DNA of 64,000 bases from Dicyema japonicum (Eukaryota > Animalia > Dicyemida). Location of the stretch: NCBI GenBank assembly GCA_011109175.1, contig RDEW01000037.1, positions 450,079 through 514,078 of the forward strand, written 5' to 3'. Within the stretch, counting starts at the first letter, position 1. Each line of letters starts with the position of its first letter. Below are positions 26,500 through 39,299 of this stretch, in pieces. Made by a program: the position numbers and the translations under genes. The notes under the pieces are model-generated. The model ran no database searches and had not been told where the DNA came from. It was given only the letters and a program-made list of their open reading frames with translations.

Positions 26500-26866
26500 T
26501 TCAGAGTCTTATTATTCTGAAAGGTCTCAAAAATGTTCCTAAATGTAAAATTCCAAAAAATATTGTTGTTGTTGCGTCTGAAGGAGGTTTTATTTATTCA
26601 TTAATTTACGAAGGAATTTACACAAATGTTATCGAAAACGGCCAAGCTGGGAATGTGTTTTGCAAATGAGATTTATTTCAATAATTAAAAGTTTAGAATG
26701 CTGCGGAATTGCACAGAGATAAAAAAGTTTCTCTTGATTTTTTATTCAAATCTGAAAAGAAGAATGTCGCAAATGTTGAATTAGAGAATAAATATGACGG
26801 TATTTTTGATGAAATGGAAATAATTATCGATGATATTGAAAATGTTTTTTGTATTCGATTATAAAA
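26500..26866 (+). CDS. Possible last exons of an unidentified host gene
   Basis: Open segments SLIILKGLKNVPKCKIPKNIVVVASEG and NAAELHRDKK...CIRL* joined by plausible 27- and 42-nt GT-AG introns. No family recognised. Confidence 0.3.
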
Positions 26867-26877
26867 TTTATTTTTTT

Positions 26878-27480
26878 GGTTGAGGTGGTGACGTCCCTCT
26901 ATTGCACACATATCTTATTCATGCACTCAACCTTCCTTGTTTTCGATTGGATCGTTTAATGTAAGAGGACTAACATCATGCGTCAAAAGACAACATTTAT
27001 GTGCGGACCTCCCAAAATACGGAATATCTGTATGCTGTATCTAGGAGACTAAAGTCTCTGGATGAAACAATAAACAGGTATCGACTGCTCATGTTGCCGT
27101 CAAACTTCCGACTTTATGGGATGGGGTTTGCTATATGCATGGACGAACTGTAGTGGCTCATAGAGCATGCCTCGGAAACAACTGCAATAGTACCTAATCG
27201 GTTATCAAACGGGCATCCGCCAACGCAGAGAAACTTGACAATTTCTACTCGTCCTTGTCATCGGCTTACTTTTCGCTGTTCATCTCCTACATGCTCTTTA
27301 TAGCAGGTGACTGAATTCCAAAGTTGGGAAAAAGCTGGACGAATCAAATTGCTTGGGCAACCACGCTCGAGGGATCAGAAATCTGTCCGGGGAGGCCCTA
27401 ATACACTTCTACGAGTCATTTGGACTGTTCCTTTTAACACGGTGTTCCGACATGCAGCGCCACATATTATGACGTGACAG
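26878..27480 (+). mobile_element. RTE-like LINE 5' fragment (APE)
   Basis: Leader GGTTGAGGTGGTGACG; SFNVRGL, CADLPKYGISVCC, FYSSLSSAY, GNHARG. Confidence 0.75.
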
Positions 27481-27499
27481 GACGGAGGAGAGACCCCTG

Positions 27500-27990
27500 T
27501 GTAAATTACGTCCGTATATTTAACCAAATCGACTACATACATACTATGCAGACAAATACATAAGGGGCTACAAGCGGAATCTCGTACGCACAGTGGCACG
27601 ATGACCTCGATTGATCACAGACTACTGGTGGTATCATTCTAAAGCGACGCTTTGGAATCTCCGGAGCACTGACAGCATGCACACGGAGCAGGAAATTGGC
27701 CGTGAAGGCTCTATGTGCTTCCGGCAATACCAGTAAAACCAAGCAAAAGGAAAGAGCTATCATATCCTGATGCACGACGAGACTTAGTTAAGTCTTGCAT
27801 AACCTCAATGCCGAATCTTTTAATACTTTGTGGCACAATGGTCCATGATTTCTTTCACTTTATACAATATTACAAATTCCAGTTATCCTATAAGAACATG
27901 TTTCTGTCTCGAACAGAACAATGCTTGAGAATTGCTCTCCTTAGGATCCAATGAGGGAGTGCTGGATACTCACAATCTTTTATTCGTTCG
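27500..27990 (-). mobile_element. Probable CRE-like retroelement fragment
   Basis: Degenerate post-RT segment (..ALSFCLVLLVLPEAHRAF..); weak similarity only. Confidence 0.4.
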
Positions 27991-28066
27991 TAAGCTGTCT
28001 GGTTTGTCAATTTATTCAACCCACGTGACTAATAAGAATCAAGTGATAAAACTATATAAAATGAGT

Positions 28067-29596
28067 TCAAAAATAAAATGAACAAAAAAATGAAGCAAGA
28101 TGAACCAAGGAAGCCAGAGAAAAAGGGAATGCGGCCCCCATAAAACTAAAATTCTTGACAGACCATGAAAAGATCCCTCCAAACAGAATCGGAGCGATTG
28201 ACCTGACAATGACCACAGCTACAACCTCCCAATGGAAACAAAAAATGTAGAAACTGCATTGACTCCCCCAACGTCGTACGAATCCACGGAATCGTTAATT
28301 AAAATAGATATGACCCCGTGAAAGTCGTTTTCGATATCCCGTACATCATGTAAACAAAAAATAGGCCCAAATACATGACCACGTGGTCAGACAAATCCAT
28401 TATCCAGTAGTTCAAAGGGAAGACAAACGATGTGATAAATAAACCGACAGTACAGGCTCCGACAGTCTAATTTGGTTACTTAAATTGATGCCTTCACGAC
28501 GGACATCTTTTGGAGGGTTTTGGGGAACAAAAAGAGTTGGTATATCAGACAGGGGATTCCAGAGACGAAAAGAAAGTTGCCGATTTGATTGCTACTGAAA
28601 TTGGTTCCACCTGGAAGTATTAGGGGTTACAATACCATGAACGAAGCTGGAGGACAAAAAAATAGGGACAAGCTGTCGAAGGGCTGAGTTTGCGAATGAA
28701 AACAAAAAATAGACGACGATAGCTACACGAACACGTGGGTTACTTAATTTATTAAAATAGAGGTACCATAGAATTCTCGAATAGGAGGATTTCAGTTTAA
28801 ACTCAGAAGTTTTTGTAATCCAACTATGGTCCACGTGAGGCCTATATTTGAATAAAGACTCAACCTCTTTGCCTTCCTGACTTCAAAACGGAAGACAAAA
28901 CAGACGAAAGCAGTGTAGAATGCGGCCATGAGGGAAGATACCAGGCAAGGAAAGGTCCACAAGAAAAACTTCAAATAAGTAAACGCTCCAAAAAGTATAT
29001 AAAAATCCTAGAAATAGGCAAAAACTAAGTGCAAACTTACCCCAAATAGAGGAGCTATGAATTACCCCACTTGGTTACCCACCAGCATCATTTGGATGCC
29101 TGAAGCGTGTGAATCCTTGTCAAAAATTTCCCAAATGACAGATTTTATAAGAATGTTCAAAACTACAAGTTAAATCAACCAAACCTGTGAAAAATCCGAT
29201 AAAAAATCTCAAAACAAGAGCGAGGCCAAAAGAGGTCGAAAACCCAAAGGACACGAGTAAAATAACATTCGCGACACAAACCGCTTGGAGGAGGGCTGAG
29301 GTGGATTTTCTGTACAAAATATATCCAACAAAATAGCTAAGATTAGAATCACAGAAACCTCCCCAAAATCTGTCCCGTGAAGAAGGCGGTCTCGATGATG
29401 CCAATATAACGGCCTACAAGGACTTTGTTGTACCCAAACCTCTACTTTAAATAAATCCGACTACCTCAATCAGGTATGGCATAAATGGTTGCACGAATGC
29501 AATGCTGATGGGAGAGATTGTCTGCTAAGTGAATTAATATTATACTGATATAGCAAATATGTAAGACATGGCTTTCCTCCTCTCATTTGGAAGCAT
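28067..29596 (-). pseudogene. MFS transporter (ZIFL/DHA1-like), ~10 micro-introns, with one in-frame TAA and one frameshift
   Basis: Spliced frame: QPFMPYLIE, GRYIGIIETAFFTGQILGSY, LRFFIGFFT, IAPLFG, FPCLVSS, GGTNFSSNQIG, GVNAVS, RSIAPILFGGIFSWS. Introns 21,23,22,22,~33,23,24,25,25,23 nt. TAA at 29062-29064; frameshift near 28300. The 3' end is uncertain. Confidence 0.75.
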
Positions 29597-30949
29597 ATCA
29601 CGTATATTTTGCATTTATTTTTCATTTATTTATTTTTAAACATTTTAATATTTATTTTTAATTTCATAATTTACAGTTAAGGTTTCTTTGGAGTTAAATA
29701 ATTAAATTTAATCATTAAAATATAATTTTATTTTATTGATTTTTTACTTTAATATAATATTTATCGATGCGTTATGTGGGTCACCAACTCTTTAAGATTT
29801 CGTAGCACCCAGAGGGCACTTAAGGAGAATTAATAGAACGAGATGCTATCATCTTCTAAGATTATTGAGGCATTATATTATGGACGAAAAAAGCATTCCA
29901 AGTCAGATAGCCGGTCATTCACCCACGTGCTGAATAAGAGAGATCTAGTTAAATGGAGATCTATTTATAGATGAAATAACGTAGTTAAATGTTATTAATT
30001 TACAACAATCCTACCGAACATCGGCCTGGCGCCTTGTGGTGCTATGTGGCTTATTGGCTAGAAATTTATCTTCCTTCTCTCTGATGACGTCATTGCATCC
30101 AACCTACTAATGAGACACCCAATGTCTGGCCGGTATTCAAAAGGATACAATTATTCATTCCAATTGGAGACAATTTCGTTTCCTGACGACGAGTTCTGGA
30201 GTCGACCATAGCTCCCCTGTTGTCAGGACCAAGGAATTATTATTATTAACCGGGAAGAATGTCGCGTGGCTCACCTACGATGTGGTGGTATTGCACAATT
30301 TATGTGAAAAAGAGCCGCAAAATCCCTTCTTCGTTGAGACGTGGATGGTGTCGTGCATTACTACTTATTTCCAGGACCAAGGAATATGATCTCACTTCCT
30401 CAAAAGACAGGCTCTGAAGACAGCATTTTATGGAAATCTGCAAGCGTTCAATTAGGTGATCTATAATTAGCGAGATGTTTAGCCTTTTCTATAGCAGAGA
30501 TACGTCTTTCTAGCGTAAAAGTGAAATTCTGAGGCATAGCTCCGTATTAAATACTATTCCAGCTGCGACGATAGCAGAGAGAGCGATCATGTATTTGATG
30601 TTAGTTAAAGCGAATTGTGTGTATATGAGCTTCAACGGAGAGATCAAAGATATGATGAATGTGTAATAGTCTTTAATTTTTACATTTTATTTTGTGCAAA
30701 CAACAATTAATTTGTGAATTGTGCAAAGATCAAGATTAACTCAGAGGATGGAGGGTGTCTTCAATGTCGGGATCGGAGAGTCATTCAAATTTACTATGAC
30801 ATTATCGTCATCTCTTTTACAGATACATGTTATTCTGTTGTCGTTTTTGATAAAACGTGGAGTCATGCGGTTCACCTGTTGTTATGGTGGGGCTCAGTGA
30901 AAGTTCTGCATGGAGGAGAACAGTTTTAGTAGGGTAGCCTACCAATTCC

Positions 30950-31060
30950 TCTTTTTCCTCTTTTCTGCTTCTTGCTGGTGATGTAGAACCTAATCCAGGT
31001 CCTGATTTTACAATGATCATAAAAAATGAAATCCCTCTTATCCCATTTGAAAGTGGACAT
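30950..31060 (+). mobile_element. LINE remnant: 2A motif fused by deletion to an APE motif
   Basis: FLLLAGDVEPNPGP at 30962-31003, followed directly by ..IKNEIP.., the same motif found in the APE at ~15120. Confidence 0.75.
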
Positions 31061-31699
31061 TGCCCTCATTCAAGAACTCTCTAGAACATCCTGGAACGTT
31101 TACATGATATGTTAATCACATATGAAGATATTTGGAGTCATCTTAGATTCTCTAACGAACATGTTGACAACCTGATATCCCCATGCTAAATAAGTTTAAC
31201 TTTAGAAAACTCATCTGTTTAGACGTTAGGTCGGATAAAAAGATAAATGACTTCCAGTCTTTATTTAATGAAATTGTGATTTGAGGATTAATTTGGCAAC
31301 AAGGACAACACGGTCATGTTCCCAGATTAGAGGACCTACCGCTTCCTGGAAGTGTTTACTCTTGCACCTGAAGTCGATGGGGGACCTGAGGAAAATCGCC
31401 AATTTTCACGTAGCGCCACGAATGAACATAGTGGATCCCCTTGTTCTTGGCCGACCAGGAGGAATCCACGGCTATTCATTCGTATTGACTTACCAAGTAA
31501 ACTAAAAACAAATTTCGTTACAAATCCATACCCGAATAGGAAGAGAGGTGTTTTTAATATCTCTAAATTGTGTGATAGACTGATTCAAATTATAAAAGAA
31601 TAAGGAATCACTCTGTGGATGGACACGATAAGTAACTAAACAGAGACCATACCTATCTATGGTGAGAAACACGTTTCTTTCGTTAGAGCTACCTCACCG

Positions 31700-32060
31700 C
31701 ATCAATCTCTGGTCAACTAAACTTCTTTATTGTATTTAAATTTTTCAATGTTCCAGATTCTATTATTTCTGAAAATTCATTTGATTTTTGTACTTTTTTC
31801 TATAATGTTAATTGCATTTAGTAATCCAATTGGCAAAAATTCTCCATTTTCAGCATCAATAATTCCCTCGTCGACATTATAATCTTCACAAAAAGGGTGA
31901 CGATTTCGTTCTCGTCGAGGGTTTCTGTATGAGTTATTTCTTCCTCACTTGCAAGTTCTTCCAGTTCTTTTTTGTGCACATCCAAAAACAAAATATTGCA
32001 TTACATCATCATCATATGAATCAAGACACTTTATTGTCCCTGTCTTTTTGAAACAATTTT
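31700..32060 (-). mobile_element. Probable Tigger/pogo transposase acidic C-terminal remnant
   Basis: Acidic tail ...ELEELASEEEITHTETLDENEIV... typical of pogo C-termini; weak. Confidence 0.45.
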
Positions 32061-32070
32061 TTATTTTAAC

Positions 32071-32383
32071 GGCCTTTTCACGAGAGCCATAGTATTTATA
32101 GCTCCGCATAGGCAGGACACACACTTTATTTAAGTAAAGAACAGTTAATTTTAACTAATCGTAGAACCAAGGAATGATCTTCACTTCTTTTTTTCTTTTT
32201 CTTGTGTGAGTGTCCTTTCTAGACAATCCAGTTCCGCAGTGAGTATCCATTGATGACGGCGTCACTCGTGAAACCCTTTCTGCATCGTATATGCGTGGAA
32301 CCTTCCACCAGGTGAACAGCAGCGAGATTCAAACCCGAACCTAAGTCACTTAAGCCCGACACCTAACCACTATGCCACCCTGC
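32071..32383 (-). mobile_element. tRNA-derived SINE, family A
   Basis: A-box-like GGCATAGTGGTTAGG and B-box-like GGTTTGAATCT. High similarity over ~300 bp to 37305-37592. Confidence 0.85.
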
Positions 32384-32399
32384 AGTTAAATTTAAATTT

Positions 32400-32584
32400 A
32401 AAATTAATTAAAATGTACAATAAATACAAAATAAATTAATCTGAAATTTTTAGTTAATTTCTTTCGGATTGTGGATAATGAAGTTTCGGTTTATTAAAAC
32501 CTGTTTGTATGGAATCTTCGTAAAATTTTGCTGATTCATCAAAAAAATCAGATTATTGAAGTTCGGATTAATGAGGGTTTACTG
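32400..32584 (-). mobile_element. Tigger/pogo-type terminal fragment
   Basis: TA-CAGTAAACCCTCATTAATCCGAAC, a pogo-like TIR start that truncates the neighbouring pseudogene. Confidence 0.55.
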
Positions 32585-32968
32585 TATTTATTAAGTAAAT
32601 GACGGAAAGATCACAACAATTCCTCGTTAATCCCCAGGTAGCATATATATTATTTGATATATGGGAAACTGATATTGTGAATTCTATATCATTTTTCTTC
32701 TCGCTAAGCTCACGAAAAAAACTCCAGATGGCTTATAATCAAAAAATGGTCATCTATATTTTCATATTTCTTCTTTTATTAAATATAGTGTGATTACAGT
32801 ATTATTAATTTATATGTCACTTCAATTATTCCACTAAATAACTTTTTCTTGGTACATGATTATACGATATTTTAAACGTCTTAATATATTATTCATCACT
32901 GATTTGCTTACTAAACACGTATATATTCCTATTATTAGTTTATTTTATAAACCTAGTAATTGGAGCAT
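32585..32968 (-). pseudogene. Decayed paralog of the orphan secreted-protein gene at 34464-35080
   Basis: Shares MLQLL|GIYTCLVS, the same first and second 24-nt introns and LFSGIIEV. Has frameshifts and is 3'-truncated by a pogo end. Confidence 0.7.
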
Positions 32969-34463
32969 TCCCACAGCAATTGTTTAATTTAAATAAAATG
33001 GAAAAAAAAATAAATTTTTAAAAAATAAAAAAAATAAATTTTATATAGTAGATAACATATAAATTGCTTTTTTAATATAAGATAAAATTTGACTTTAAGA
33101 TGGAGGTTTTGAGAGTTTTGGAGGAAATCCCACGAAGTTTAACAGAGAAACTCATTAATTCAATGAAAAACGCTTTTGGCACGTATATTCGGCACATGGT
33201 GGACACACAAAATATTGAAAATTCAAATGTACGATTTTCATTGATCGGTAAATATAAAAAAATTTCCTGTTTGTTCCGTAATTAGGAATTTAATGATAAT
33301 AAAAAACTCATTGAAGCTTATATATAAGATCAAAGTCAAAATTAATTAAAAAAATGAAACTATTTTTCTTAAAAAATTGAGAACTTAAGTGTACAATTTT
33401 TTATGCTAAGCACTGTAGTTAAAATTTCAGACAAATTAAAAGTTGGTCACGGAGATATAAATACTTTAGTTCTTGTTTAAATTTTATTTTTATATTTTTT
33501 AGTTATTAGTGGTTTCCTCTCCTCTACAAAAAGATTCTAATTTCATACAACTATTTCCGTTTCCTTGTCCATGTAATGGGCTGAGAGAATGCTGAACATT
33601 TCTCTTGAGAAAACTGGAAAAAACCAATGCTTGCTAACGTCTCGTTGTGGGGGAATTTTGCTCCTCTCACCATTGGTACAATCTTCCTGACTTTTCATTA
33701 ACGCTTCCACACTTCTAAACAAACTGATCACTCTCTGGCTCTTCTTAGCCATGAACGGTCTTGAGAGAAAACTAAAAATCGCCGTATTCATGGTTCGATA
33801 AGAGCTTCTTGGACCTTCGCAAGCAAAAGATAGTCCAGACAACTGTCCTTCTCAAAGGTCGAAGATACTTCACTTGAGTATCCCCGATGTAAATGATTTC
33901 TGTTTCTATAATTTTGCGATAACGGCGACTCATACTTGACATCTAAAGGGAAGTCTGCTAAATTATATTTGATCGTTTATAGGAAAGAGAATATGAATAA
34001 TCGAGAAAGGACATTTCCTAACAAATCCTTGAAATATTTGTTAACTGTTTTCTTCCTAGAAAGAACTTCAAACTGAATTTATTATGTGAAAACTGTGTAA
34101 CTGATGGTTAATCACTATAATAAATCTACCTAATATGAAAAAATATCGAATGAACCCAATATTAAATTAAAACCCAAATAACAGATTATTAATTAGTAAC
34201 TATAATCGTGAATATCTTCTTTTATATTTCGACCAAAAAATAGTAGTGACAATCATGAGAATGCAGCAGTTACACAAACAGCTATTATATGTTTGTTTTC
34301 TAAATTTAAATTAAATGCATAAAAGTATATTGAACTTAGAGTACCATTAGTTGTAATTGTCTTTAATATCCTATCCCAATGTCCATAGGACGTTATTTTT
34401 TTGTCTTTAAATTCTACATTTTAGTGTTTATTACTTCTTACATAACTTTTAGTTGTAGTGGTC

Positions 34464-35080
34464 TTAAGTTTGTATTCCGATGTGTTGTTTGTTTACAAAA
34501 TCACATCCGAGAGCTAAATGTGGGTTATAAACAAATTACCATTTCCAGTAAATGTTGGATTATTATCAGTTTTTAGTAGTTGCATTTTCATGTCTATAAT
34601 TTTTATAGTTCCATGTTTAGAAATGTTTACAACAACTTCACTGCAGTTGTAATAACCGTTGGTCGAAATACTCCACTTTTCAGTAAAATCACCGCCATTA
34701 AACGATGATATTCCCCAAGAAACGCGAAAATTATTTGATCCACCATAAGCGAACATTCTGAATGTTACACCAGGTTTCTGCCATATAAGCTCACGAAAAG
34801 TATCTCCGGATGGCTTATAATCAAAAAATGCGTCAACTAAATTTGCATGTTTCGTCTTTTATAAATATAATGTGATTACAGTATTATTAATTTTATATTC
34901 AACTTCAATTATTCCACTAAATAACATTACAACTCGGTTGTTCTCCACCGAACCCCACAATGGTACATTATTATGCAGCTTTACAAAATTTTTAAGATTC
35001 CACAAAAAATTTTTATTGCTTACTAAACACGTATATATTCCTATTATTAATTTATTTTATAAACCTAGTAGTTGGAGCAT
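34464..35080 (-). CDS. Orphan putative secreted protein, 3 micro-introns (24, 24, 26 nt)
   Basis: Splicing gives one open frame MLQLLGIYTCLVSNKNFLW...DYKPSGDTFRELIWQKPG...SWGISSFNGG...; intron 2 removes an in-frame TAA. The last exon is uncertain. Confidence 0.65.
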
Positions 35081-35191
35081 TCTCACAGCAATTGTTCTAA
35101 TTATGAATCAAATTTTTTTATATTTAAATAAAAATTAATAATAATTCTAAATTTAATAAACTTATTAATTTAGATTTAATTTTAAGAAATA

Positions 35192-35267
35192 CAGTAAAAC
35201 TCCTCCTAACCGCCAGTTTTTTCAAATTCTCAAAATTGGCGGTTAGGAGGAGTTTTACTAAATACTG
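35192..35267. mobile_element. Ultra-small pogo-type MITE (hairpin)
   Basis: CAGTAAAACTCCTCCTAACCGCCA ... TGGCGGTTAGGAGGAGTTTTACT inverted repeat; TA on the left flank. Confidence 0.75.
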
Positions 35268-35329
35268 TCTAATTTTGGTTGAATTGGCTCTTTATAATGA
35301 GTCTGAAAAACACATGAATCAGTTGGATG

Positions 35330-36660
35330 GCTTTAATTTACTCTCGTTTAACGTAAGGGAGATCTCGAAGACATGGATGAGGAAAGCACTGATTTAAAGA
35401 AGTACCTCATCTCTATCGGATGCCTGCAATAAACGAAGGTCTTTGATGGATGCTGTGAACACTATGAACCCATAAAATAATTCTCTTCAGTAAATCGTAC
35501 TGACAAGAGCATGACCATCTTGTTCCTCGAATACATCAATTTTGAAAAGTCAATGACAGGATCAGTGTCATGCAAATCAGGATAAATGACATGTACCCTT
35601 CCAAAAGCTACATGACAATCATTAACTTGTGGTAGATTTTTGAAAAACTCTAATAAACTGGATGACTTGTGTCAACTATTAATGACTTAGAATATCAAAC
35701 TTCATCGATGATTTTTATTGCCGGAAAGTTAAGCGAAAAAGTTTGAATATGACGTGATGGTCAGGAATCGTTTATCGACAGACGTGGACGGGGTGGAGAA
35801 ATACTCCTGTAACACTACTGGCCAATTTCTGTCAACCTAAGAAAAAAGCCACCACCTTACCATACCTATGCATATATAATAAGAAGCTCTAGTTTCAGCC
35901 GCTGCTGAGGATAAATTGCCAAAACATACTGAGAGTCATTTAAATAAATGCTGGAAACAATTATCACATCGAAGGAAGTTCAGAATGTGTGCAGAAAAAA
36001 TCACAGGAGCGCTATAGTGTCTTCCCGGAACTGCTGAAATATGGACCTATTCGTCTCTTCGAAACCATTGTGACATTATTTAATGGAATGTTTGCATATA
36101 ACCCTGTCCTACGCCTGGGAAAGGGATATTTATATACAAACGCCTAACAAACCAAAAGGACCAAGGAAAGCCGACGTCCAGTGGAGCCATAGGAAGCGGT
36201 ATGCAACTGCTCAAAGATATAAAAATGCCACGACCATCCTGGGGATCGATATGTTTAGACACTATTAGCAGACTCAAGCTAATGGATGTCTTACAACAAT
36301 TTGTGAACCAACCGTTGCAAAGGTTTATCCAATACTGCTATTTAGTACTGATCTGTCAATCAGGATTGGAAGTACTATATCCAGGCCTTTCAAAACTACA
36401 ATCGGCACTCCTCAGGGAGATTCTATCTCTTAATATTGTGATATATCTCGAAGCCCCATTAAGGGATCTAAGAATGTGTTACAAAAGAAAAATAGAGGAA
36501 GTGGTACACGCGTATGATGTAGATTTCATACGGTCCGGTCCGAGGAAGCTTCTCATTGGGAAGATTTTTGATTCAAAAGTTCTACCAAACCTAAATCTGT
36601 GGTTGGCCAACTTCCTCTCTGGGCAACGTGGGAGAGTTGTTAAGTCAGATATCTCTAATG
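35330..36660 (+). mobile_element. Heavily decayed RTE-like LINE fragments
   Basis: SFNVREI, IYIQTPNKPKGPRK, ILGIDMFR, GTPQGDSIS. Confidence 0.7.
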
Positions 36661-36699
36661 AATTTTATTCCCCTTGGCTAACTCAATCTTATGTTCATG

Positions 36700-37010
36700 C
36701 CACTGAGTGAGTCTGGATCCTGTGCTGACACGGTTGCACAGCAGTGGACAGCTAACGGACTTGGTGTTCCGAAGTACTTTATCTCTCAAAGTACTGGGAT
36801 GAAGTCATTTGTGAAAACAAGCTAAATTAATTTGGAAAGATCCTCAGATACCCGTCGTCGCACATATCTGAATGCAGCGTCTGCTTAAAATTCTGGGTCA
36901 TGGCTCAAAACTTCCCGGTACGGGAAGTTGGTACTCTGCTTGACGGGAATAAAATCCGCGTTGGAATTTCTCTTTGGCTAGGCCCTGACGTCTGCTCCCA
37001 AGAGTCCTTT
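36700..37010 (+). mobile_element. CRE-like retroelement fragment
   Basis: EVGTLLDGNKIRVGISLWLGPDVC matches the GTLL...RIxVxLRLG segment of CRE elements. Confidence 0.55.
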
Positions 37011-37278
37011 AAGTCGACTGTTTGTATATAGGCTTGTAGATACCTATCAACTCCCAACTGCCTTAAATATCCCTTGCTGTATTTGGTTACAATTCCTCCT
37101 CACGCCATTACATGTAGATGAAGAGGACCTGCACCTATGCATTGTGTTTAATTGGCCTGACAGAAGCTCAAAATATATCCTGTGACTTTTTTATGTACAA
37201 AAATGTCTGACAATAATAAAGTCCGAACTTTATTCACACCAATCATTCTATACTTAAGATGGATTTTTTGAATCCATA

Positions 37279-37606
37279 ATAATAATAATGGCGGTTAGGA
37301 GGAGTAGTGGTTAGGTGTCGGGCTAAAGTAACTTATGTTACGGGTTCGATTCTCGCTGCTATGCACCTGGTGGAAAGTTCCACGTATCTACGATGCCAAA
37401 AGGGTTTGACGAGTGACGCCGTCATCAGTGGATACTCATGCGGAACTAGATTGTCTAGAAAGGACCCACACACAAGAAAAAGAAAAAAAAAAGTGAAGAT
37501 CATTCCTTGGTTCTACGATTAGTTCTTTACTTAAATAAAGTGTGTGTCCTGCCTATGCGGAGCTATAAATACTATGGCTCTCGTGAAAAGGCTATTATTA
37601 TTATTA
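37279..37606 (+). mobile_element. tRNA-derived SINE, family A, with (TAT)n tail and 13-bp TSD
   Basis: TAGTGGTTAGG A box, GGTTCGATTCT B box, (TAT)n tail. TTTTGAATCCATA at 37266-37278 and 37607-37619. Confidence 0.85.
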
Positions 37607-39299
37607 TTTTGAATCCATACTTATTGCAAAATAATAATTGTATGCTCTGGACGACCTCATCATTTGCCACGTGTAATCATGACCCAACATGCGCAATTTA
37701 GTGGCCAAATGATCAACAGATATGCATTCTGACTTACAATAATGGCACATCTTCACTTCATTTCTGTCATAAAATTATATAATTCCTTAGTTTGATGTTC
37801 ATTATTACCATGATTTATCAACGTTTGAAGATTTAGCATGAAAGTTAACCATTGCCTTGAAGAAGACTTAAGGGCTTTAAGTTGATCTTTTTAATCAAAG
37901 GTTCTTAAACTTGAACAACGCATTAACAATTAATCCTCACAATTGACACCACATTCTGACAAATATGCTCGTATACTCCCTACGCGAATCCCTCACAACT
38001 TTTTCTATATATTGCACATTTCCTGACACACTAGACCCAACCACCAGGATCTTAAGGAGGATGCGCTCGTTCAGATGAATTACTGTAGACAAATCCCACT
38101 GAATTCAACACGTAGTAAATACAGCTTTTCTTTATTTGCAGATCGGCATGGACGCGGTTTCCCCTCAGTACTTGTCTGATCATGCAGTCAATGTCAACGT
38201 ACTCTCACGACTCGAAACAAATTCCCTATTTAGTTTAGTCTTACATAGGAGTGATACACCGGCCCATATTTTGTCAATCATTAGGTTTTAAGAGGAATAC
38301 GAGGCGTATGACTTAGTAATATCAAAGTTCTAAATACCTGCGCTTGCTCTGCGTATACATGGAGGGCCTGTCGCGAGCTTCGATTATTTGACAATCGACG
38401 TTAGCCTCTTCTGGGACCTCTACAACCCGGACTTGTATACTTATTAGAACTCAATGTTGTATGTATATATGTGACACGATAACTAAGGTGTCTAGTTCTG
38501 ATTTAAAGTGCTTAGGAGAGTTTAAAAAGAATCAAGATTTAATTTTTTTATCCACGTGCGGTGTCTCCCATTGTCCCCCATCTCCGGGATCTCTGGGATC
38601 TTTTATTATTATATAGAAATGATTATAGTTGAAAGTTTTCGAAATTAGCATTGAAGGTCACGGCACTGACAAGATGATGATAGATTTGTCAAAGCGAAAG
38701 TATCTGTACACGTACATCCAAGACTTCCCAACCACGAGCGGTAAGATAGTCATCCGTTTATTATTCAAGTACAGAATAAAACCAATTCATCCAAACGACT
38801 TGGTTTAATGACTCATGCCCTGCCGGCAATTAAAAAACCCAAATCATAAAAATAAAAAACTACCTCCTAATTTTTTCATGTATGAAGCAATTATATATTT
38901 GGGTTTTATAGGTGCTTTATTTTTCTGGTAATGGTGGTGACGAAAATTGTTCGTAATACTTCTTTATGTTGCTAATTAAATGTAAAGATGCCCAGATGAT
39001 TTTTCAAGCGGATTTAACAAAATAAACTTTTTAGAAAATTATCATTTTTTCCAAATTGAGAAATTTCCACATTACAAAGATGTCAAGAGTTTAGATAAGT
39101 CCCGGTCAGATTGTATGAATTGGCTGGAATATGAGAGAATCTGAAAATTCCCATCGTGTTTTCTTGACATCTTCTCTTTTCCGGGTCCACCTAGTAGTTC
39201 TCTACAAAACCAAATATACCTGTGGGAGCGTACGCTCTTGGCTGTAACGTTTATGTTAGCCACCGGTTTCTTTCACTCGAAAAGACTGGGGGTAAATAG

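Noticed and set aside
13060-30110. Hammerhead ribozyme cores (CTGATGA at ~13105 minus strand and ~30083)
   Set aside because: No correctly spaced GAAA or supporting stems were visible by eye. A covariance-model search would be needed.
28067-35080. Stop-codon reassignment suggested by in-frame TAA/TAG in several ORFs
   Set aside because: Nearly all such stops fall inside micro-introns, and TAA and TGA terminate well-supported genes normally.
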